Shown here piece after piece: positions 11,249 to 21,352 of a DNA stretch of 64,000 nt. This DNA comes from Acidobacteriota bacterium (GTDB lineage Bacteria > Acidobacteriota > Thermoanaerobaculia > Gp7-AA8). Numbering within the stretch: the first letter of the stretch is position 1; each line of letters begins with the position of its first letter. Location of the stretch: positions 14,053 to 78,052 of the forward strand of contig JACPDH010000038.1 in assembly GCA_016184115.1 (NCBI GenBank). Direction: 5' to 3'. The position numbers were made by a program, and so were the translations under genes. The notes under the pieces are model-generated. The model was not told where the DNA came from, did no database searches, and saw only the letters and a list, made by a program, of their open reading frames with translations.

Positions 11249-12190
11249 TCACCTGCGACCGTTGACGGGTGTGCTGTCGCCTGGATAGAGCCACTTCAAG
11301 ACGTCCCCACACCTCGCGGCCCAGTCGTCCTCGGAGTGTTGACCATCGGCGACCTCGACATAGTGAAGATCGTCGTCGGTCCAACCTCGCGCCTGGAGGG
11401 CATCACAGAGCGCGCGGACCGCGGCGATACTGCCGGACCCTTCGCTCGTTCCGATGTCGAGCCAGATCTTCGTCGACGGTTTGCGTGCCAGTCCTCGGAC
11501 TCGCGTAATGATGCTTCCGCGTCCCCACCAGGCCGACGGCGAGAGGATCGCGAGTCGGCTGAAGACATCGGGGTAGTTGAGCCCGGTGTAGATCGAGACG
11601 AGGCCGCCGAGCGACGAGCCGCCGATCCCGGTGTCGAGCCGGCCCGGTCGCGTTCGATAGACGGCATCGACGAACGGCTTGAGCTCCTCGGTGATGAAGC
11701 GCCCGTAGAGACGACCCTTGCCGCCGCGCGGGTTCCGGAGCTCCTTGTTAGGCGTGTACTCATCGATTCGCGACTCTCCGGTGTTGTAGATCCCGACGAT
11801 GATCAGTGGCTCGATCGAGCCGTCGAGGATCAGCGTCTCGGCCGTCTCGTCGAGCTTCCAGTCGTGTCCCGGCACGAACGCAGTCGCGCCGTCGAACAGG
11901 TTCTGGCCGTCCTGCATGTAGAGGACCGGGTAGCGGAGCGATTCGCTCTCGTCGTAGCCGGGAGGGAGATAGACGATCACGTCGCGCACTTGGCCGAGAA
12001 ACCGCGATGGGACGTCGCGGTGATAGCGGATATTGCCTGTCAGCGTGCTTTCATGCGCTGGGTTGTGCGCGGCTCGCGACTCCCAAAGCGCCCTCGGCGC
12101 GACGGAGTCGAGGTTCGGGCCCGCCGCCGGCGCTTCGGTCGGGAGCCATCCCATGTCGGGGAATTCGAGTGGGTCGTTGTCTTTCGGCAA
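11249..12190 (-). CDS. alpha/beta-hydrolase esterase (enterochelin-esterase/IroE-like, PF00756-type)
   Basis: GGSSLGG nucleophile elbow (GxSxG). VIVYLPPGY...PVLYMQDGQNLF typical N-terminal motifs. The antisense ORF 11228..12193 is arginine-rich junk. Confidence 0.7.
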   Translation of the reverse strand: MPKDNDPLEFPDMGWLPTEAPAAGPNLDSVAPRALWESRAAHNPAHESTLTGNIRYHRDVPSRFLGQVRDVIVYLPPGYDESESLRYPVLYMQDGQNLFDGATAFVPGHDWKLDETAETLILDGSIEPLIIVGIYNTGESRIDEYTPNKELRNPRGGKGRLYGRFITEELKPFVDAVYRTRPGRLDTGIGGSSLGGLVSIYTGLNYPDVFSRLAILSPSAWWGRGSIITRVRGLARKPSTKIWLDIGTSEGSGSIAAVRALCDALQARGWTDDDLHYVEVADGQHSEDDWAARCGDVLKWLYPGDSTPVNGRR

Positions 12191-12369
12191 TAGGCTTCCC
12201 CAAAACGACGCGAGCCATTATCGCGATCGAGACGGCGAAATCCACTATGTGTCGTACATCCTTGACCCGCGCGGTTGGATTGATAAACTTGCCCCCGCGC
12301 GCGCCACGCGTGCATTCCTGAAGTCTCTCACCCGGCACGACTTATGCGGTAATCAGGAGAAAGCGACCG

Positions 12370-15213
12370 ATGTCTCACCAGCTCTTCGACAGCCTCAAGA
12401 CCTTTGACCTCGGTAATGGCCACACGGGAAAGTACTACTCGCTCCCGCAGCTCGAGGCCAAGGGTGTCGCGACGATCTCGCGCCTTCCCGTCTCGATTCG
12501 CGTCGTTCTGGAATCGGTGCTTCGCAACTACGACGGAAAGCGGATCTCCGAGGCTGACGTCGTTGCGCTCGCCAAGTGGGGCGCGCACGACGAGCGAACG
12601 GCCGAAATTCCGTTCATGGTTGCCCGCGTCGTGCTGCAGGATTTCACAGGCGTCCCCCTGCTCGTCGACCTCGCGGCGATGCGTGCCGCCGTCGCACGCG
12701 CCGGGAAGAATCCGACGATGATCGAGCCGCTCGTCCCGGTCGATCTCGTCATCGACCACTCGGTTCAGGTCGACTACTCGAGCACTCCCGATGCGTATCA
12801 GTTGAACATCGAGAAGGAGTTCGAGCGGAACGGCCAGCGCTACCAGTTCCTCAAGTGGGGCATGGGTGCGTTCGACACCTTCAAAGTCGTCCCTCCCGGT
12901 ATCGGCATCGTGCACCAGGTCAATCTCGAGTATCTCGCGCGCGGCGTCCTGGAGAAAGAGGGCGTCTTCTATCCCGACACGCTCGTCGGTACCGATTCGC
13001 ACACGACGATGATCAACGGGCTGGGAATCGTCGGCTGGGGCGTCGGCGGGATCGAGGCAGAGGCGGGAATGCTCGGCCAGCCGGTCTACTTCCTCACGCC
13101 CGACGTCGTCGGCGTGAACCTGCACGGCAAGGTGAAGGAAGGCGTAACGGCGACCGACGTCGTACTGCGCCTCACGGAGATGCTCCGCAAGGCGAAGGTC
13201 GTCGGGAAGTTCGTCGAGTACTTTGGCGAGGGAGCCGAATCGCTCAGCCTCGCCGACCGCGCGACGATCGCGAACATGGCGCCGGAGTATGGCGCGACGA
13301 TGGGCTTCTTCCCGGTCGACGAGGAGACGTGCAACTACCTCCGCCTCACCGGCCGCGACGAGGCGCAGATCGGTGCGTTCCGCAGCTACTTCAAGGCGCA
13401 AGGAATGTTCGGGATGCCCAAAGCGGGCGACATCGACTACTCCGAAGTGCTCGATCTCGACCTTTCGACGGTTACAGCCAATGTCGCGGGGCCGAAGCGG
13501 CCGCAGGATCGGATCGAGCTCTCCTCGCTCGGGCGGACGTTCGGTGAACTGCTGACGAGGCCGGTCGCGGAGAGCGGCTACGGCAAGACGCAGGCGCAGG
13601 TAGAGCGGAAGCCGATCGTCGAGCTCGGCGGTGCGCATGGTCCGACGAGTGGTGGTGGCGCACAGGATCTCGAGTCGGATCCGATCTCAGGAAAGAACAC
13701 GAATCAGGCGACCGAATCCGAGATGGTGAACAACCGGCCGACGCCCGACCGCGTCGCCTCGAACGATGACGAACTGCCGCGAGCGGTCGAACAACTTCAC
13801 CACGGCGACGTCGTGATCGCCGCGATCACCTCGTGCACGAACACGTCGAACCCGTCCGTGATGATCGGGGCGGGTCTGCTCGCGAAGAAGGCGGTGGAGA
13901 AGGGATTGACCGTGCGCCCGGTCGTGAAGCGCTCGCTCGCACCCGGATCGCGCGTAGTCACCGAGTATTTCCAGAAGAGCGGCCTCGAGCCATACCTCGA
14001 GAAGTTAGGCTTCAATCTCGTCGGGTACGGTTGCACGACCTGCATCGGGAACTCCGGTCCGCTCCACCCCGCGATCGAGGAATCGATCGTGAAGAACGAC
14101 CTCGTCGCGGCAAGCGTTCTCAGCGGTAATCGCAATTTCGAGGCAAGGGTTCACCAGAATGTGAAGGCCAATTTCCTGATGTCGCCACCACTCGTGGTCG
14201 CCTTCGCCCTCGCCGGTCGAATCGACGTCGACCTCACTCGGGATCCGGTCGGAACGGGAAGTGATGGCAAGCCGGTCTACCTGCGCGACATCTGGCCGAC
14301 CACGGAAGAGATTCGGGAAACGGTCGAGAAGAGCCTCGATCCGGAGACCTTCCGTCGCCTTTACAAGGACTTCGCCGAGCAGAATCCGGCGTGGAACGAC
14401 ATCGCTGCACCGACCGGCGAGACCTACACCTGGGATCCGAATTCGACCTACATCCAGGAACCGCCTTTCTTTGAGGGTTTCTCGATGTCGGCGGGAACGA
14501 TCAACGAGATCAAGGGAGCGCGCGCTCTTGCGATCCTCGGAGATTCGGTGACGACCGATCACATCAGCCCAGCCGGCTCGTTCAAGGCTTCGACGCCGGC
14601 AGGCAAGTACCTCGTCGGGCTCGGAGTGAAGGCCGAGGACTTCAATAGCTACGGCGCGCGCCGAGGCAACGACCGGATCATGACGCGCGGCACTTTCGCG
14701 AACGTTCGGATTCGCAACAAGATGCTCCAGGGAGTCGAAGGCGGCTTCACGGCCCTCCAGCCGGCGGGGGAGCAGATGCCGATTTACGATGCGGCGATGA
14801 TCTACCGGAAAGCGGGAACGCCGCTGGTCGTGCTCGCAGGGCAGGAGTACGGAACCGGATCGTCGCGCGATTGGGCGGCGAAAGGGACGGCGCTGTTAGG
14901 CGTCAAGGCGGTCGTCGCGAAGAGCTTCGAGCGCATCCATCGCTCCAATCTCGTAGGTATGGGCGTGCTGCCGTGCCAGTTCGAGGAGGGGACCGACGCC
15001 GATACGCTGAAGCTCGACGGCACCGAGACGTTCGACCTCACTGGCATCTCCAACAGCCTGAAGCCGCGCCAGAAGGCGACTCTCGTCGTCACGCGCAAGA
15101 ACGGAGAGAAACTCGAGGTGCCGGTCATCGTCCGCATCGACACGCCGATCGAAGTCGACTACTTCAGGCATGGCGGGATCCTTCCATACGTGCTGAGGCA
15201 GTTGATGGCGTAA
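12370..15213 (+). CDS. acnA: aconitate hydratase A
   Basis: 947 aa. N-terminal [29 protein letters not shown]. Conserved aconitase blocks [36 protein letters not shown] and ANVRIRNKM. Confidence 0.95.
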   Translation: MSHQLFDSLKTFDLGNGHTGKYYSLPQLEAKGVATISRLPVSIRVVLESVLRNYDGKRISEADVVALAKWGAHDERTAEIPFMVARVVLQDFTGVPLLVDLAAMRAAVARAGKNPTMIEPLVPVDLVIDHSVQVDYSSTPDAYQLNIEKEFERNGQRYQFLKWGMGAFDTFKVVPPGIGIVHQVNLEYLARGVLEKEGVFYPDTLVGTDSHTTMINGLGIVGWGVGGIEAEAGMLGQPVYFLTPDVVGVNLHGKVKEGVTATDVVLRLTEMLRKAKVVGKFVEYFGEGAESLSLADRATIANMAPEYGATMGFFPVDEETCNYLRLTGRDEAQIGAFRSYFKAQGMFGMPKAGDIDYSEVLDLDLSTVTANVAGPKRPQDRIELSSLGRTFGELLTRPVAESGYGKTQAQVERKPIVELGGAHGPTSGGGAQDLESDPISGKNTNQATESEMVNNRPTPDRVASNDDELPRAVEQLHHGDVVIAAITSCTNTSNPSVMIGAGLLAKKAVEKGLTVRPVVKRSLAPGSRVVTEYFQKSGLEPYLEKLGFNLVGYGCTTCIGNSGPLHPAIEESIVKNDLVAASVLSGNRNFEARVHQNVKANFLMSPPLVVAFALAGRIDVDLTRDPVGTGSDGKPVYLRDIWPTTEEIRETVEKSLDPETFRRLYKDFAEQNPAWNDIAAPTGETYTWDPNSTYIQEPPFFEGFSMSAGTINEIKGARALAILGDSVTTDHISPAGSFKASTPAGKYLVGLGVKAEDFNSYGARRGNDRIMTRGTFANVRIRNKMLQGVEGGFTALQPAGEQMPIYDAAMIYRKAGTPLVVLAGQEYGTGSSRDWAAKGTALLGVKAVVAKSFERIHRSNLVGMGVLPCQFEEGTDADTLKLDGTETFDLTGISNSLKPRQKATLVVTRKNGEKLEVPVIVRIDTPIEVDYFRHGGILPYVLRQLMA

Positions 15214-15283
15214 GGCGGAGAAGCGGTCAAAGGTCGAAGCAGCCGAGGACGAGGGCCAGGGCAGGCCCCGGCGTTTCGTAGGG

Positions 15284-15310
15284 GCGACCCGCCGGGTCGC
15301 TCCGTTCTGG
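15284..15310 (+). terminator. possible acnA terminator hairpin GCGACCC-GCC-GGGTCGC followed by TCCGTTCTGG
   Basis: 7-bp GC stem 70 nt after the acnA stop. The U-tract is weak. Confidence 0.3.
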
Positions 15311-15424
15311 TCGCTCCGTGAAGAAGCAACGGGTGACGCACCGCATCGCCTGTGGCCCATGGCCTTCGGCCTACGGCCGCTGCCTTTGACCTCGCCTGCT
15401 TGACCTTTGACCTTTGGCCCCGCC

Positions 15425-15967
15425 TTACGTCCAGAGCTGAGTCCGGTCGATGGCGACGCTGTCGAAGGGGGGTGCGAGGATCGGCGATGTAGATGGCCAG
15501 TTACCGGTCGGCCTCCACTCACGACCATCGCGCATCCACGTGTCGATTCTGCGGAGGACGGGATCGACGATCCATGCGTAGGGAATGCCGTAGCGCGCGT
15601 AGGCCGGCATCTTCACGGCGCGGTCGTAATGACCGTTTGACGGAGAGAGAATCTCGCAGATCCAGTCGGGCTCGGTCTCTGCCCAGGCGGTATCGGGAAT
15701 CGATGCGAGGCGCTCCATCCTCCACCCCGCGAGATCGGGAACGAACACGTCGTCGCCCAGGTGAATCTCCGGCTCGAACAAGAGGTGCCAGCCTTTCGGG
15801 CCGATGCGGATGTGATCGTACGTGGTTGCGATGGCAACGATCAGGTTCACGGCGAGCCGCGCGTGTCTCAGCGCGGGCCGTGGCGTTGCATAGAGCTCGC
15901 CGTCGACGAGCTCCCCGATCTGGAAATCGGGGAGTTTGACGATGTCGTCGTACGTCGCTCTCGGCAT
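15425..15967 (-). CDS. Uma2-family endonuclease (PF05685, putative restriction-endonuclease-like)
   Basis: Typical Uma2 pattern: YELIDGEL..P, PDLAVEILSPSN-like (here PDWICEILSPSNGHYDR), KMPAYARYGIPYAWIVDP. Confidence 0.7.
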   Translation of the reverse strand: MPRATYDDIVKLPDFQIGELVDGELYATPRPALRHARLAVNLIVAIATTYDHIRIGPKGWHLLFEPEIHLGDDVFVPDLAGWRMERLASIPDTAWAETEPDWICEILSPSNGHYDRAVKMPAYARYGIPYAWIVDPVLRRIDTWMRDGREWRPTGNWPSTSPILAPPFDSVAIDRTQLWT

Positions 15968-16052
15968 GAACCGAGGCTACCTCGGTGGATCCGAGGAAGT
16001 AAAGAGAATCGCGTATGGCGTGAAACGCGCGATCTGGCGCGTCCGCCTCTTC

Positions 16053-16661
16053 CTACTCATCGTCTTCCATTGTATGAGGACTCAGCGTGTCGCTGAGCCT
16101 TCCCTTCGACGCGAAGTCCCAGTCGCCGCGGTAGACGATGTCATCGACGAGCCAGTCGCCTTCGGAATTCTGAACGAGAACAACGTCGTCGTGCCATCGG
16201 AACGGCGTCGCGTCGCTGGGCGAGTCGTCGACGAAGTCGATCGTCACGGTCGCGCGTTTCCCGTCGATTACCGTTTCTCCGATCGTGAAGCGCGTCGGGC
16301 CTTCGAAGAGGCTCGAGAAGAGGTCGCCCTCGATCCACGGAGGCTTCTCGTACGGGTTCTCGCGCGAGAATTCCGCCTGCTCCATCCGCGCGTCGGCGAG
16401 AAGACCATAGAGAGCCTCGCTGATGAGTGGTCGAAGCTCGTCGAACTGCGCCTCGGTTGGCAGGCCGGTGACTTTCTCTTCGACGCAGATGTCGTAGAAC
16501 GCCTTGACGGTTGCCTCGGGAGAATCGGGATCGGCCGGCTTGATCGCCGACGCCGCGGGCGAGAGCAGGAACGACGCGATGAGCAGCACGACGCAGAGCG
16601 CTAGCCCAGCCGCGGATGTGACCTTGTCGTTGCGGCGCGACGCGGCGGCAGGAGTGTTCAT
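16053..16661 (-). CDS. hypothetical secreted/membrane-anchored protein (DUF3828-like?)
   Basis: N-terminal anchor GLALCVVLLIASFLL. Acidic C-terminus. No motif recognised. The antisense ORF 15936..16604 has implausible composition. Confidence 0.4.
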   Translation of the reverse strand: MNTPAAASRRNDKVTSAAGLALCVVLLIASFLLSPAASAIKPADPDSPEATVKAFYDICVEEKVTGLPTEAQFDELRPLISEALYGLLADARMEQAEFSRENPYEKPPWIEGDLFSSLFEGPTRFTIGETVIDGKRATVTIDFVDDSPSDATPFRWHDDVVLVQNSEGDWLVDDIVYRGDWDFASKGRLSDTLSPHTMEDDE

Positions 16662-16872
16662 CGGATCCTCCGAGCGGTCAGACTAACATGGTCGATACTC
16701 ATTGTCCGCCCGCCTCACCCTTACGTCAGTCCAAGATCGCCATACAGCGCGCACGTCGTAGCCCTCTCGGCGGGAGATTCACCTGATCGCGCTCGATTGG
16801 CTCGAGCAGCGCGCAAGGAAGCAGACAGCCCGCTTGCGGCTGTCGCAGCGGAAGCGCTGTGAGAAATGCGGG

Positions 16873-18594
16873 CTAGCGATCGGCGTTGAATGTAACGCGT
16901 CGCTTGGTGCCGTCCGCGCCGACGATCGTGAGGCCGCTCTCGTCGATGGCGCCGACGCGCCCATCGGAAAGTTCCTGCCCCGACTGAAACGACTGAAGCC
17001 GCCCGCCCGGCATTTCCACCAGTGCCATCCACTCGCCATTCATCCTGGCGACACCCTGGAGTAACAAGTCACCTGATTCGAGTTGATCGAGGGTGAACCG
17101 CGAGAATCGAGACGCGGGGGGTGATGCCGACGATGTCTCACAGGAGTCGACATTTGCCGGCGTGCCGCTGCGTTGGGTTTGCGTCCCAGCGACGATGACG
17201 CCATCGCGAAGCTCGTACGACATTCCCTGTGCGGCGAGCAGGCCTTCGAGCACGCGGTCCCACGCGACCTCGTTCGCGAAGATCGAGACGTCGCGCGCGA
17301 GACCGGGCGGCATTCGAATCGTTAGGCCTGTGATATTCGAGAAGATGCAGAGTACGCTCGGGAGGTCGGCGTGTTGCAGCGAGATCGACAGCGGCTCCCC
17401 GGCGAAGTCGCCCTCTGTGGCTGGGGTGACGCGACCCTTCCGAGTCACGAGGCGGAGCGGTGGCGGGCCGACCTCGATCCCTGCGTGACGGAGCGCGGCA
17501 ATTGTCTCGTCCAGCGTCGCCTTCTCGACGAACAACTGGAGGCGACCGGTAAGATCGAAGTCGATCACGAAGCTCTCGCCGGTCGCCTGAGAGAGGGTCA
17601 TGAAGGCGCCCGCCAAATCGGAGTCTCGGAGCTTGACGGTGATTCCGTCGTTTGCCGTGCCTCGCACCATGACTCTCGCGAATGTGCCGCGCTCTGCTCC
17701 GGTGCAGATCGGCGGGATCGTGGGGTCGAAGAGCCCGTTATCGCCGACGACCGCGTCGCTCGTCTCGGTCGCATCGGCAAGTTGCGCTGTGATGACGAAC
17801 GCCCGGCAGAGTCCTTCCGAAGGCATATCGAACTTCGTCACCTCGATCCTAGCCGTTTCGAGCGCGCGAGAAAGTGCAGCGCGAGCCGCGGCGCCCACGG
17901 CAAACCCTTCGAGCACGAGCTCCCTCTCCAGGCGCACCTCGCGAAGTGAGATCGGCGACGCTTGCGCGCTGTTCGTCAAAAGGGCGAGCGCTTCGATCGT
18001 GTTCTCCGCCCGCCGCCGCTGCACGCTGGCCGCGAGCAGCAGATCGCGAAGCTGGCTGAGCGATTCGACTTGATCGCGCAAGACGGCGATTGCGTTGCGG
18101 CCACCCCACTGTGCTGACTCGCCAGGGCCTCCGGCGTAATGTGGGAAGGCGAGGCGAGCGGAGAACCGCACGCTGTCGTCTCGCTCGGCGACGATTTGCA
18201 GCGATTCGAGCTGCACCTGCCTGCCGCCGTAGCGAAGCGTCGAAAGGAAGAAGGCCAGATCCCCGAAGCGGTCTTTGCCGCTGATGCCGACGCGTACGAG
18301 CTCGATTGGCGATTTCTTGCCGTCTATGAGCTCGAGGCGCTCCGGCGCGGAAATTTCGCGAATCACGAGATCGAGCTCCGCGCGCTCGGCGACTCTTGCC
18401 AGCATCTCGCGCAGCTCGCTCGCGCTGGCGGGGAGCGGAATGTCTCGCTTCAAACGTTCGACCTGCAACTCGAGATCATTCCGCGACGCACGCAGCTTCG
18501 AGACCTCGTCTTCCGCTTCCGCGATACGAGGGAACGCGAGACAGACCAACGCCAGCGCCGCCACGGCGTACCGGCGAGTCGGAGGGTGCTTCAT
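16873..18594 (-). CDS. composite pilus/secretion-assembly-like protein: PilO-like N-terminus, two STN/N0 (secretin-N) like domains, PilP-like C-terminus
   Basis: ATG 18594 (MKHPPTRRYAVAALALVCLAF signal/anchor). Coiled-coil then IELVRVGISGKDRFGDLAFFLSTLRYGGRQVQLESLQI (PilO C-domain-like). Two N0/STN-like blocks: ITVKLRDSDLAGAFMTLSQATGESFVID...LDETIAALRHAGIEV and ISLQHADLPSVLCIFSNITGLTIRM...WDRVLEGLLAAQGMSYEL. C-terminal LLLQGVARMNGEWMALVEMPGGRLQSFQSGQELSDGRVGAIDESGLTIV is PilP-like. Confidence 0.5.
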   Translation of the reverse strand: MKHPPTRRYAVAALALVCLAFPRIAEAEDEVSKLRASRNDLELQVERLKRDIPLPASASELREMLARVAERAELDLVIREISAPERLELIDGKKSPIELVRVGISGKDRFGDLAFFLSTLRYGGRQVQLESLQIVAERDDSVRFSARLAFPHYAGGPGESAQWGGRNAIAVLRDQVESLSQLRDLLLAASVQRRRAENTIEALALLTNSAQASPISLREVRLERELVLEGFAVGAAARAALSRALETARIEVTKFDMPSEGLCRAFVITAQLADATETSDAVVGDNGLFDPTIPPICTGAERGTFARVMVRGTANDGITVKLRDSDLAGAFMTLSQATGESFVIDFDLTGRLQLFVEKATLDETIAALRHAGIEVGPPPLRLVTRKGRVTPATEGDFAGEPLSISLQHADLPSVLCIFSNITGLTIRMPPGLARDVSIFANEVAWDRVLEGLLAAQGMSYELRDGVIVAGTQTQRSGTPANVDSCETSSASPPASRFSRFTLDQLESGDLLLQGVARMNGEWMALVEMPGGRLQSFQSGQELSDGRVGAIDESGLTIVGADGTKRRVTFNADR

Positions 18595-18788
18595 GGTCAG
18601 AGTCGTGAGGGTATTCTCGACCGGGCAACCCGCGATACGCAAGCACTCGAGCGCAGACGTGGTAGACGCCCCGGAGAGGCGGTGACGTGGCCGCCGGTCG
18701 GGCGGGATGCGAAACGAGCCGGATCCGATAATCTCGGTCCCCTTCGACTGTCAGCGATTGGGCCGCAACCGAGCTCGCGCTCGCGTTC

Positions 18789-18977
18789 CTAATCCTTGTG
18801 ATCGGCGGGTTGGAAGTTTTCGGCGCCTTCGAGCCGGCCGATGAGCTGGCTCGGGTCGTGAATCAGTACCGGCAGATGCTGTGGGCAGATGTTGAAGCTC
18901 GCGTCACGGTAGGCGAGAGTGAGCAGCGGGATCGACTTCGAGTCACGTCCGCAGAAGACACATGAGGTGGTTGCCAT
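18789..18977 (-). CDS. small Cys-rich hypothetical protein (possible zinc ribbon)
   Basis: 62-aa ORF with CVFCGRD...CPQH between glnA and the PilO/PilP-like gene on the same strand. No RBS checked. Confidence 0.25.
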   Translation of the reverse strand: MATTSCVFCGRDSKSIPLLTLAYRDASFNICPQHLPVLIHDPSQLIGRLEGAENFQPADHKD

Positions 18978-19228
18978 GTCGTGGTCCTTTTCTCTTGGAG
19001 GATCAGATTGCAGCGTCGAGTTTGGGCCTCTACCGAACGGTGCCCGAGACCCCCTCCGTGGCGATTTCTTCGAAGACGATCGCCACGAAGGCCTCTTCGG
19101 ACACCTGATCCCACGCGCAGCGGATGCCGAGCCTCGAACCCGGCACGAACCCGAAACGCGGGCAGTCGTGAGGATGCCTGAGCACGACGCCGTGCGGGTA
19201 TGACTTTGCTCTCACCATGCGGATGGGG

Positions 19229-19298
19229 TCACACCGAAAGTTGAAAGTTTTCGCGGCACCAGTGCGACGAAAACTTTCAACTTTCGGTGTGACCCCAA
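19229..19298. terminator. 27-bp perfect inverted repeat (GGTCACACCGAAAGTTGAAAGTTTTCG ... CGAAAACTTTCAACTTTCGGTGTGACC) with 16-nt loop, immediately 3-prime of glnA
   Basis: Read directly from the sequence. Very stable stem-loop 17 nt past the glnA stop on the minus strand, but no U-tract. Confidence 0.45.
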
Positions 19299-19314
19299 TC
19301 TACCTGACCCCAAT

Positions 19315-20733
19315 CTACGCGTCGAAGTACCGCCCTACTTCGAACGGATGCGGGCGGTTTCTGACCGACGCGTCGTCGGCGCGAAGGTGGGCGATGAAGT
19401 CGATGATCTGGTCGTGGTCGAACACGTCGCCGGCGAGGAGGAACTCGTGGTCGTTCTCGAGTGCGTCGCATGCTTCAGTTAGGCTCGTCGGAAGGCTCCG
19501 GATCGACCGTCGCTGCTCTTCGCTCCAGGTGAAGATGTTCTGATCGATCGGACCGAATCCCTCGGTCGTCGGATCGATCGCTTTCGCGATGCCGTCGAGC
19601 CCCGCCATCAGCTGCGCGGCAAGTGCGAGATAGACGTTGCACGTCGCGTCGGGGGGGCGGAACTCGAAGCGCGCGGTGTCCTCCTGGTCGGCGTATTTCG
19701 GGACGCGAATCGCGGCGGAGCGGTTGCCTAACGAGAAGAACATCGAGACCGGCGCCTCGAAGCCGGGGACGAGGCGGCGATAGGAGTTCGTGCTCGGGTT
19801 CGTGATCGCGAGCAGCGCGGGACCGTGGCGGAGAATGCCTCCGATGTAGTGAAGCGCCGTCTGCGACATGCAGCCGTAGCCGTTCCTGTCGTAGAAGACA
19901 TTGCGGCCGTTCTTCCGGAGCATCTGATGGAAGTGCATTCCGCTTCCAGCCTCTCCGTAGAGCGGCTTCGGCATGAAGGTCGCCGTCTGCCCGTGGCGCA
20001 CCGCAACGTTCTTGATGACGTACTTGATGACTTGCGTCGCGTCACCGGCGCGGAGGATGCCGGCGAGCGGCGTCTCGATCTCGCACTGCCCCGGGCCGCC
20101 GACCTCGTGATGGTGGTACTTCACTTCGACCCCGAGGTTCTCGAGCTCGATGCACATCTCGCTGCGGAGGTTGTGGAGCGAGTCGTTAGGCGGGATGGCG
20201 TGATAGCCGCCATGGAGCGGAATCAGGTGGCCGTGCCCCGCGGTCGCGCTGTTCCAGTCGGCCTCGCCGCTGTCGACACGATACGACGCCACGTTCACGC
20301 CGTTCTCGATCGAGACATTTCGAAAGACGTAGAACTCGTATTCGGGGCCCCAGACGCTTTCGTCGCCGATGCCTGTCGTCCTGAGGTACTCCTCGGCGCG
20401 ACGCACGATGTTTCGAGGGTCGAAGGCGAATGGCTGCTTCGTGTCCGCCTCATAGGCGGAACAGATGAAGCTGAGGGTTGGAACCGAACAGAACGGGTCA
20501 CGAAACGCGGTGGCGAGGTCGGGGAGGAGGACCATGTCGCCTGACTTCACCGACTTGAGCCCGACGCTCGAGCCGTCGAACCCGACACCGTCGCGCATGA
20601 GCTGGTCGTCGAGCTGCGACGCCGGGATCGTCACGTGATGCCAGCGACCCCAGAGATCGCTGAACTTGAGGTCGATCATCCGAAGCCCTTCGCGCTGGAT
20701 GAGGGCGTTCGCTTCTTCGATGGTGGTGAGCAT
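19315..20733 (-). CDS. glnA: glutamine synthetase type I
   Basis: Start ATG 20733 preceded by GGGAGGA. MLTTIEEANALIQREGLRMIDLKFSDLWGRWHH. GS blocks GFDGSS, KPLYGEAGSGMHFHQ, NPSTNSYRRLVPGFEAP. The 23 upstream codons of the track ORF are rejected. Confidence 0.9.
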   Translation of the reverse strand: MLTTIEEANALIQREGLRMIDLKFSDLWGRWHHVTIPASQLDDQLMRDGVGFDGSSVGLKSVKSGDMVLLPDLATAFRDPFCSVPTLSFICSAYEADTKQPFAFDPRNIVRRAEEYLRTTGIGDESVWGPEYEFYVFRNVSIENGVNVASYRVDSGEADWNSATAGHGHLIPLHGGYHAIPPNDSLHNLRSEMCIELENLGVEVKYHHHEVGGPGQCEIETPLAGILRAGDATQVIKYVIKNVAVRHGQTATFMPKPLYGEAGSGMHFHQMLRKNGRNVFYDRNGYGCMSQTALHYIGGILRHGPALLAITNPSTNSYRRLVPGFEAPVSMFFSLGNRSAAIRVPKYADQEDTARFEFRPPDATCNVYLALAAQLMAGLDGIAKAIDPTTEGFGPIDQNIFTWSEEQRRSIRSLPTSLTEACDALENDHEFLLAGDVFDHDQIIDFIAHLRADDASVRNRPHPFEVGRYFDA

Positions 20734-20858
20734 GGATCCTCCCTGACGTGCCGTCTCGGAGCATCCGACGGGACGCGCACAGGGCGAAATGGCCGGTGTC
20801 ACAGAAGGCGGTGATGAATGTGAAGTGCGAGAGCTGCGCCTGCGCTCTTCCAGATGTC

Positions 20859-21335
20859 TTATCGCCTCAGCGCCTGCTGCAGTTCCTCGCGCCCCACGTC
20901 GAACGCTCGTCCGAAGCCGGCGATGAAGCGTGTCGCGTGAGGCTCGATCGCGAAGATCGAGAAGTCGCCTAGGCCGAAGGTCATCGCAGAGCGAGGGTGC
21001 CGGGCGAGATAGGCGCTCTTTGCGGTTTCGTACTCCGGTGACGAGCGATCGATCTCGCGGGCGATGCCTCGGATCGTCACGCGCGGAAGCGCCTGCGCGA
21101 GCGTGCCGCTTCCTTCCGGCTCCGCGATCATTGCCGCGACGCGCGCGTCGGCGAGCATGTCACTGGTGTGCTGCGCGAGACGGCTGACGTGCACGAGCAG
21201 TGCGCCGCCGTCGTCAGCCGGCGCCCAGGGCGTGAGCGAGACCGCGGGGAATCCTTCGTGAAGCGTCGCGAGAGATGCGACGCTCGAAGCCTCCAGTAGC
21301 GCGCCAAGTTCGACCATCGTCCGTTCGTCGAGCAT
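20859..21335 (-). CDS. pyridoxamine 5-prime-phosphate oxidase family (FMN-binding split-barrel) protein
   Basis: C-terminal 158 aa of the 437-aa track ORF, from ATG 21335 (MLDERTMVELGALLEASSVASLATL...). Matches the PPOX/general stress protein 26 pattern. The upstream arginine-rich 280 aa of that ORF are rejected. Confidence 0.55.
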   Translation of the reverse strand: MLDERTMVELGALLEASSVASLATLHEGFPAVSLTPWAPADDGGALLVHVSRLAQHTSDMLADARVAAMIAEPEGSGTLAQALPRVTIRGIAREIDRSSPEYETAKSAYLARHPRSAMTFGLGDFSIFAIEPHATRFIAGFGRAFDVGREELQQALRR

Positions 21336-21352
21336 ACCGGTCGCCTTACCTT

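Noticed and set aside
11228-13638. ORFs 11228..12193 (+) and 12328..13638 (-), antisense to the esterase and acnA
   Set aside because: They are opposite-strand shadows of strongly supported genes, with arginine-rich low-complexity products.
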